DNA of 33,948 bases from Pseudomonadota bacterium (GTDB lineage Bacteria; Desulfobacterota; Desulfobacteria; Desulfobacterales; RPRI01): NCBI GenBank assembly GCA_043825875.1, contig JBDRRF010000100.1, positions 1-33,948 on the forward strand, given 5' to 3'. A model generated the notes under the pieces. It did no database searches. It was not told where the DNA came from and saw only the letters and a program-made list of their open reading frames with translations. Below, piece by piece: positions 28,122 to 33,948 of the stretch (the stretch's first letter is position 1; each line of letters starts with the position of its first letter). The position numbers and the translations under genes are program-made.

Positions 28122-28874
28122 TTAATGTCCGGTATTGTGTGCCCATATGCGTTCTATCAGTCCAAAGTCACCTACTATCTGATCTATGCGATCCCTTTTG
28201 GTGTACATATCCCAAAACGATTCGGCAATACTATATGCCGATATAATGGGCATCGGGGACTCAGGCGTAGGCGGCGGCGGTGCTTTTGGTTCCTGCAGGG
28301 AACCGTCTCCTTTGTCAACAAGGCCAGATATAAGCATCATACCTGCATAGACACCGTCTTGTTTCAGAGTACGGTGGAGTGAGTGCGCATAACTGCGTAT
28401 TCCGCTTTGAGCCATTGCGAAGTTTGAGCTAAATGGCACAGGCTCAATAGCTGAAGCAGCAGAAGTAAAAAGCAATCCGCCATTGCCCTTTTCAATCATG
28501 TGCGGCAATACAGCCCGCACCGCGGTAATCGCACCGAGAGCAACTTCCATGTGCGGTCGCACATTTTCAACCGTGATATTCAGAGGTGTTGCCAATGATT
28601 GAGGATCAGTTGCAGGACTGTATTCAAGAACATCAATTGATCCGAATTTCTTTTGAGCTTTTTCAATGGCTGATGCTAATGCTCTTAGATTTCCAGCGTC
28701 GGCCTGAAAACCTTCGGCTTCAACTCCATTTTCTTTTAGCTTAGCCACACAGGCATCAAGATTAGCCTTTGTGCGGGAAATTAATGCCGCCCTGAATCCT
28801 TCTTTACCAAAACGGTTTGCAACATGTAAACCTATGCCAGGGCCTGCTCCTATGATCATAATCGTTTTTGACAT
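28122..28874 (-). CDS. SDR-family NAD(P)-binding protein
   Basis: IIGAGPGIG glycine motif and SDR fold pattern; the YxxxK position reads FAMAQ. Confidence 0.85.
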   Translation of the reverse strand: MSKTIMIIGAGPGIGLHVANRFGKEGFRAALISRTKANLDACVAKLKENGVEAEGFQADAGNLRALASAIEKAQKKFGSIDVLEYSPATDPQSLATPLNITVENVRPHMEVALGAITAVRAVLPHMIEKGNGGLLFTSAASAIEPVPFSSNFAMAQSGIRSYAHSLHRTLKQDGVYAGMMLISGLVDKGDGSLQEPKAPPPPTPESPMPIISAYSIAESFWDMYTKRDRIDQIVGDFGLIERIWAHNTGH

Positions 28875-28972
28875 GTCTTTCTCCCTATTGTGAGTATATA
28901 ACCGTTAGTATTTTGTTATAAATTAAATTTATCCCCCAAATTAGTTGGGAGAAAGGGGTCCAGGATTCAAGA

Positions 28973-30178
28973 TCAAAAATAGTACCCAAATTCAATCTGC
29001 ACAAACTCATCCGCCTCAATGGAACTTAGAGGGTCATTATTTTCAACATTGCTCACACCACGCATCTCAATGGATAACTTAAATGAATTGCCTATACGTC
29101 TTTGTGCTTCAAGATAAAAATATTGCGACCTGTTTTCAAGATCGTGAATCAGCGCAGCAAGTATTTCTGTAGATTGAATATCATTAAAGGATAAACGCAT
29201 TCCAAGCGCAAGATCATTATCCATAGCTTCCGTTTTTCTTTCATTGTAAAGATATTCGCTTATAACGCCAAAATCAACACCTGAAGCTGCAACATCAAAA
29301 AAAGTATATTCAAAGCCTGTAGCAAAAGCAAAAAAGCGTTTATCCTGCCCGGATCTTACAATAGCTTCTAATTTTAAAAGCCAAGCCTCAAAGGTTGACT
29401 GTATATCAATGCCGGTCTGATCTATTATCTCATAAATCGGTATAAGTTCAGCTTCTCCATTACTGTTAACAGAAAAAACCGATGGATCAAATCTGGGTTC
29501 ACGGCTTGTGCCTGAAAAATGCGAAATACCTACATCCCATATATCAAAAGAGTGCGACCATCGAAGAGCAAAATCCACATGATTCTCCTTAGCACCCGAT
29601 TCATAGATAGTTTCATCATTGTCTATAAGGATTTTTGTGCCTGGTCTTCCATCACGTCCTGGAAATGTTCTTTCGCGAAAACCTGGCAGTATAAACAAAT
29701 TCACAGTGCCCCAGTTTTCAATAATGGAAAGATTGACCATAGGCTGGCCGAGAAGATCTTCTCCATCAGGATTTTCCACCATATCTATCTGGTTTATTAT
29801 GTTTACAAGATGTACGGTCTCGGTTACACCCCAAAAAACGGTGTTTATACCGACTTTTAACTCCCACTGGGGCATTACCTTATGAAAGAATAATTCGCGG
29901 ATATCAAGATGTGATCTCTTAGAATCATTTTCATCAAGACGAAAAAACGGTGTAAATGTAAAACTGTCTCTTGAATCAGGCAAACGGTAATACAGTTCGG
30001 GTTCAGCAGCTACGGACAGGTTATCGGATTCCTGATATTTGCGTGTCGGTGACTTATAAAAATAGCGGAATTCGGATGTAAGATTGCCCGACATCTCAGC
30101 TTCAGCAAAAGCATTTGCTGACCACAAGACAAGCAGGCTTATTAAAGCTATAAAAATTATACTTCTGATAAGATACAT
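28973..30178 (-). CDS. Outer-membrane beta-barrel protein
   Basis: Signal peptide (ANA/AFA), alternating beta-strand pattern, C-terminal FGYYF. Confidence 0.8.
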   Translation of the reverse strand: MYLIRSIIFIALISLLVLWSANAFAEAEMSGNLTSEFRYFYKSPTRKYQESDNLSVAAEPELYYRLPDSRDSFTFTPFFRLDENDSKRSHLDIRELFFHKVMPQWELKVGINTVFWGVTETVHLVNIINQIDMVENPDGEDLLGQPMVNLSIIENWGTVNLFILPGFRERTFPGRDGRPGTKILIDNDETIYESGAKENHVDFALRWSHSFDIWDVGISHFSGTSREPRFDPSVFSVNSNGEAELIPIYEIIDQTGIDIQSTFEAWLLKLEAIVRSGQDKRFFAFATGFEYTFFDVAASGVDFGVISEYLYNERKTEAMDNDLALGMRLSFNDIQSTEILAALIHDLENRSQYFYLEAQRRIGNSFKLSIEMRGVSNVENNDPLSSIEADEFVQIEFGYYF

Positions 30179-30180
30179 TT

Positions 30181-30981
30181 TTACTTAGCGCGTTTTAGTG
30201 CATTTTTGTCAAAGTCCCGTTTAGTTAAACCTATCTTGAAACGATAATCGCTAAACTTTAATATAGTACTTTCTTCCGTCTGATGGTTTAACATATCCAT
30301 ACGCATGGAACGCCAGTATTTATCCAAATACTGCTTATATTTCGTCAATTTGAGGGTTTTTAGCAGCTTGTTTCTGCGGTCGTAATAATCAATTTTGTGA
30401 ATCCGGTATTCGTTTGTGTCATGCCATACGATTTGTTTTGAATATCCGGAGTGTTCATAGGCCGGAATCCATTCTGACACAAAACATTGCTCACCATCAC
30501 ATGCTTCTTTATTAAGAAATTTATATCTGAATTTTTCAAGTTCAAGTGAGCCGAAATCTTCGAAAGCAAATTCACTGCCCATAAACCGTCCTGATCTGTT
30601 TTTTGAAGAAATTCTCTTTACCCTTTTTAGTGCAGGAAGATACAGCCACTGATCATCCGGTTCAATGCCGTGACTGTATGTCAACATGGCCGTTCCTTTT
30701 ACATCTGCCGGTTCATCGAATATGCTCAATGTCCAGTCGCCGTCATCCTTTTGTTCCAAAGTGAGTATCCTCATTTGCCTGACTCGCTCAGTACCCCTTC
30801 TGTCTTTTAGGATCATTGTAAGGATTTCTTCGCTGTTATCAAATCCTTCATCACGTTGTTTTGCCTCTTTGGCAATAGAAAGGCCCTTTTCTTCCGCGTT
30901 AAGATTCTCAAAATCTGTTGCCTGGGCTGTTGTGAAAGTAAATAGAATTAAAAATATAAATAATAATTTTGGTATATTCAT
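30181..30981 (-). CDS. Outer-membrane lipoprotein-sorting (LolA-like) periplasmic protein
   Basis: PADVKGT, DDQWLYLPALKRVKRI, FMGSEFAFED and YYDR..KLLKT family motifs; signal peptide. Confidence 0.85.
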   Translation of the reverse strand: MNIPKLLFIFLILFTFTTAQATDFENLNAEEKGLSIAKEAKQRDEGFDNSEEILTMILKDRRGTERVRQMRILTLEQKDDGDWTLSIFDEPADVKGTAMLTYSHGIEPDDQWLYLPALKRVKRISSKNRSGRFMGSEFAFEDFGSLELEKFRYKFLNKEACDGEQCFVSEWIPAYEHSGYSKQIVWHDTNEYRIHKIDYYDRRNKLLKTLKLTKYKQYLDKYWRSMRMDMLNHQTEESTILKFSDYRFKIGLTKRDFDKNALKRAK

Positions 30982-31064
30982 AAAGCATTCTCCTTATAAA
31001 CTTATGCATCATCTCACACTTGAACCCATGACCCCTTGAATCCTCGAACCCTCAAGGCCTTGGT

Positions 31065-33482
31065 TTAATTCGCTTCAACTTCTTCAACCTTAAACTCTTT
31101 GCCAAATGGTTTAAAAACCAGAAATATCGCTGGCATTAAAAACAAATCGGCAATCAATGCGGAAAAAATTATAATTGCCAGCAAAACCCCGAAACTTGCC
31201 AGTGTAAACATCTCAGAATATAAAAATACCATAAAAGCACTTACCAGCACAACAGAAGTAATTGTCATTGCCTGACCTACGCTATACAGGCCGTTTTTCA
31301 AAGCTTGTCTGTAATCACCGCAAATAAAAAACTCCCTGCGAAGCCTTGTCATAAGATGAACGGTGTCATCAACGGCAATACCTATGGCAATTGTTGCAAG
31401 CATTATACGAAAATAATCAAGATGTATTCCTTTCCAGCCCATCAGTGCCAGAACAAAAATAACAGGAGCAATGTTGGGTATCATACACAACATACCTATC
31501 TTAAATGAACGAAAAGATAAACATAAGATGCATGTGATTATGCAAAAAGCTAATATATAACCTTTAATCTGGCTGCTGGCTATATAATCGGCGATTTTCA
31601 CCCATAGCAATCCAATACCTGTAAGTTTAACATCAGCCTCAGTAATTTGGTTTTTGTCCATAAAGTCTTGCATATCATGTAACAAGTCTGCAACTATGAA
31701 GGAATCAGACAAAGCTACTCTTAATTCAAGAGCTGTTTTAGAGTAATCTGACGTTACATAGTCTTCTAGTTCTTTTCCTCCGGACATTTCATACATTAAA
31801 AGATATTGGGCCGTTAGTTCTCGGCTCTCGGGAAGTTTGTAATAAGCCGGGTCATCACCATGAAAACTTTGATTGATGTCTTTTAGTATATCTACAATGG
31901 AATAGGTTTTTTTTACCAATGCATTTTGTTCCGCTCTGGTTTGCAATGCTTCCAGTTTTTTAAGAACATCGGAATCTTTGATGCCATCAGGGTGTTTAGT
32001 ATCAAAAATATAAATAACACTTAGCCAACCACCCATAACCCTTTCAGCATATTTGAGTGTTTGGTGAACTTCGGTTTTTTCTTTAAATTCTTCAAGAAAA
32101 TTATAGGCTACCTTGAGTTTTAAAATACCTATAAATGAAAATATCATAATTATTCCCGCTATTACTAAAATCATGCGGTTATGCTTTAGGTTAAACTCAA
32201 TTATCCGTTTGAGTACTGGTTTAATATATTCTTTACTACTCTTACGACTCTGTACCCGGGAGCTTATTTTTTTACGGCTAAAAGACAACAGGCAAAGCAA
32301 CAGCGTAAACGTAAGAATAAAAGCCAGCAATACACCAACCGAACCGAAAACTGCAAACTCGGATAATGCTTTTAATTGCGAAACAGACATTGCGAAAAAG
32401 CCCGCGGCAGTTGTCAATGCAGCCAGCAGGCAGGGCAAACCTACAAGTTCTACGGTCTGACGCAGTGTTTCCCTGCGATCAAGCCCTTTTGACAGGCATA
32501 TCTGAAATTCGGAAAGCAGATGTACTGATTGGGCAACGGCAATTGCCGTGAGCAATGTAGGTGCCATTATAAAAAAGACACCCATAGAATACCCCATAAT
32601 TCCCATAAAACCAATCGTTAATACAATAGACCATATCACTACCGTTAATGGCCCGGCAATTCCTAAAAATCTCATACGAAAACAAATCATACCGACAATG
32701 CCGACGATAATAAAAGTTATAAGAGTCAGCGTTTCGGATTCGGATGACAAGACTTCATTGTAAACTGCATTTATTGGCACATCACCGGACAGGTAAAATA
32801 CTATGCCCTTATATTCGGGCCTGGACAATATTTCTCTTATCTTAGTATTGCTTACCTGAGGATAAAGATTATCAAGTCCGTCACCACCATTGGGGTCAAG
32901 GCGAATTTCATCAAGAGGCTGGATGCTGGTGCGATTCATTTCTAAAATTATAGCAGCATGGTCAGCAGCCTTATTTATCAGACCTCCTATATAGATCGGC
33001 TTTTTCATCACCAGGTCGCGAGTATGCAACAGCTGTTCCTGGGTTTCCGGGAAATCAAGCAGTAATTCATGGATTTCAATAAAATCACCTTCAGCCTCAA
33101 TAAATTCCACATTTGCAAGGCTTGTTACTTCTCGAACAAAAGGCACTTCATTTTCTAATGCCTCGGTAAGATTTGCAATTTTTCGCATTACTTCAAGATC
33201 GAAAGGGCCATATGGTTTGTCAGGAGCTTTGTATAAAATATAAGCTATTTCATCAGAGCCAAAGTCTTTCTGATATTCTTTGTAATATTCATAGGTCGGG
33301 TCGTTTTTGTGGAAAAAAGCATCAAGGCTGCCGTCAAATTTTACTTTTGAGGCAAAAAATAAACCACCACCAAGAAACAGAAGGCATAATACAAGCACAA
33401 GCCAGCGATGATCATAAATCCATACGGCCATGCGGCCGAAACCTGCACTGGCTCTGTAAAGATAATCATTTTTCCTGTCCAT
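31065..33482 (-). CDS. MMPL/RND-family transporter
   Basis: Duplicated TM-loop-5TM architecture; LTTAAGF and IAIGIAVDDTVH motifs; 805 aa. Confidence 0.9.
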   Translation of the reverse strand: MDRKNDYLYRASAGFGRMAVWIYDHRWLVLVLCLLFLGGGLFFASKVKFDGSLDAFFHKNDPTYEYYKEYQKDFGSDEIAYILYKAPDKPYGPFDLEVMRKIANLTEALENEVPFVREVTSLANVEFIEAEGDFIEIHELLLDFPETQEQLLHTRDLVMKKPIYIGGLINKAADHAAIILEMNRTSIQPLDEIRLDPNGGDGLDNLYPQVSNTKIREILSRPEYKGIVFYLSGDVPINAVYNEVLSSESETLTLITFIIVGIVGMICFRMRFLGIAGPLTVVIWSIVLTIGFMGIMGYSMGVFFIMAPTLLTAIAVAQSVHLLSEFQICLSKGLDRRETLRQTVELVGLPCLLAALTTAAGFFAMSVSQLKALSEFAVFGSVGVLLAFILTFTLLLCLLSFSRKKISSRVQSRKSSKEYIKPVLKRIIEFNLKHNRMILVIAGIIMIFSFIGILKLKVAYNFLEEFKEKTEVHQTLKYAERVMGGWLSVIYIFDTKHPDGIKDSDVLKKLEALQTRAEQNALVKKTYSIVDILKDINQSFHGDDPAYYKLPESRELTAQYLLMYEMSGGKELEDYVTSDYSKTALELRVALSDSFIVADLLHDMQDFMDKNQITEADVKLTGIGLLWVKIADYIASSQIKGYILAFCIITCILCLSFRSFKIGMLCMIPNIAPVIFVLALMGWKGIHLDYFRIMLATIAIGIAVDDTVHLMTRLRREFFICGDYRQALKNGLYSVGQAMTITSVVLVSAFMVFLYSEMFTLASFGVLLAIIIFSALIADLFLMPAIFLVFKPFGKEFKVEEVEAN

Positions 33483-33535
33483 ATATGCCCCCTCTTATAA
33501 ATTTAATTTAACAACCTTTTCTCATCTCAGCATAC

Positions 33536-33556
33536 CTTGGCATAAAACACGCCAAG
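33536..33556 (-). promoter_or_regulatory. Possible sigma54 -24/-12 promoter of the MMPL operon
   Basis: Minus strand TTGGCGTGTTTTATGC (GG-N10-GC), ~55 nt upstream of the ATG; also palindromic. Confidence 0.4.
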
Positions 33557-33673
33557 ATATTTATATCCATAAATATAGGTAGTTAAATATAGTGGCCAAA
33601 GGTGTTGTGTCCAGCATTTTAATGTGTTGTATTAAACAATTATGCAACATTATGCAATAACGTCTTAAATAGT

Positions 33674-33757
33674 GTAGAGAGGCAAAAATATATTAGAGAC
33701 GAAAGATTTTTATAGAGACGCTATTTTTTATAGAGACGCAAGATTTTGCGTCTCTAC
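33674..33757. repeat. GTAG-type REP palindrome with three tandem decayed half-copies
   Basis: TAGAGACGCAAGATTTTGCGTCTCTAC at 33731-33757, preceded by TAGAGA(C/G)G units at ~18-19-bp spacing. Confidence 0.75.
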
Positions 33758-33948
33758 TTTTTATCTTTTCTGTTTGCGAAAAAACCTTTTACCAGCATTA
33801 CAGGCAGATAAACAATAATTGAAAAAGACAACAGGCCTAAAGACTGCCAGATATCTTTAGGTTTTACATATATGGTAGCAAGCATTGCGCCCATCATTTT
33901 TCCTTTAACCACAAGGTTCTCACCTTCGCGAGACATGGATAACATATC
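33754..33948 (-). CDS. Hypothetical protein with a C-terminal hydrophobic helix, probably 5'-truncated by the window edge
   Basis: Frame stays open to the window end; co-oriented with the MMPL operon. Confidence 0.6.
   Translation of the reverse strand, partial: DMLSMSREGENLVVKGKMMGAMLATIYVKPKDIWQSLGLLSFSIIVYLPVMLVKGFFANRKDKK

Noticed and set aside
9283..33511. Numerous opposite-strand or nested ORFs over cooC, sat, qmo, apr, yhcG and MMPL (e.g. 9283-10032, 16336-16806, 18356-18889, 26849-27400)
   Set aside because: Shadow ORFs of well-supported genes with no motifs of their own.
33674..33757. CRISPR mini-array
   Set aside because: Units are only ~18-19 bp apart with no unique spacers, and no cas genes are present; fits a REP cluster better.

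Overview
AT-rich chromosomal window, most likely from a Desulfobacterota (Desulfobacterales-like) sulfate reducer. The core is the sulfate-activation/APS-reduction locus: sat (+) converging on aprB-aprA-qmoA-qmoB-qmoC (-), flanked by cooC plus a Ski2/HelY-like helicase on the left and a YkgJ-type Cys-cluster protein plus an SDR on the right. The left 9 kb is accessory and decaying DNA: a secreted protein, a ~430-bp duplication around a PIN toxin-antitoxin pair and an XRE pseudogene, a CZB chemoreceptor followed by an M15 peptidase, an IS630 remnant, and an LTA-synthase-family gene. The right end holds hsdM/yhcG remnants and an MMPL + LolA-like + outer-membrane-barrel cluster. The main unannotated structure is a three-gene block immediately upstream of sat that looks like a decayed integron cassette array. 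It has two attC-like sites with paired R boxes, its own sigma70 promoter, and no integrase in the window. Other unannotated elements: a 142-bp MITE family (5 copies, 4-bp target duplications), a second MITE-like family, nonamer and octamer inverted arrays, a GTAG-type REP cluster, a duplicated promoter unit, and an NrdR-like box near aprB. All calls come from reading the sequence by eye; no searches were run.
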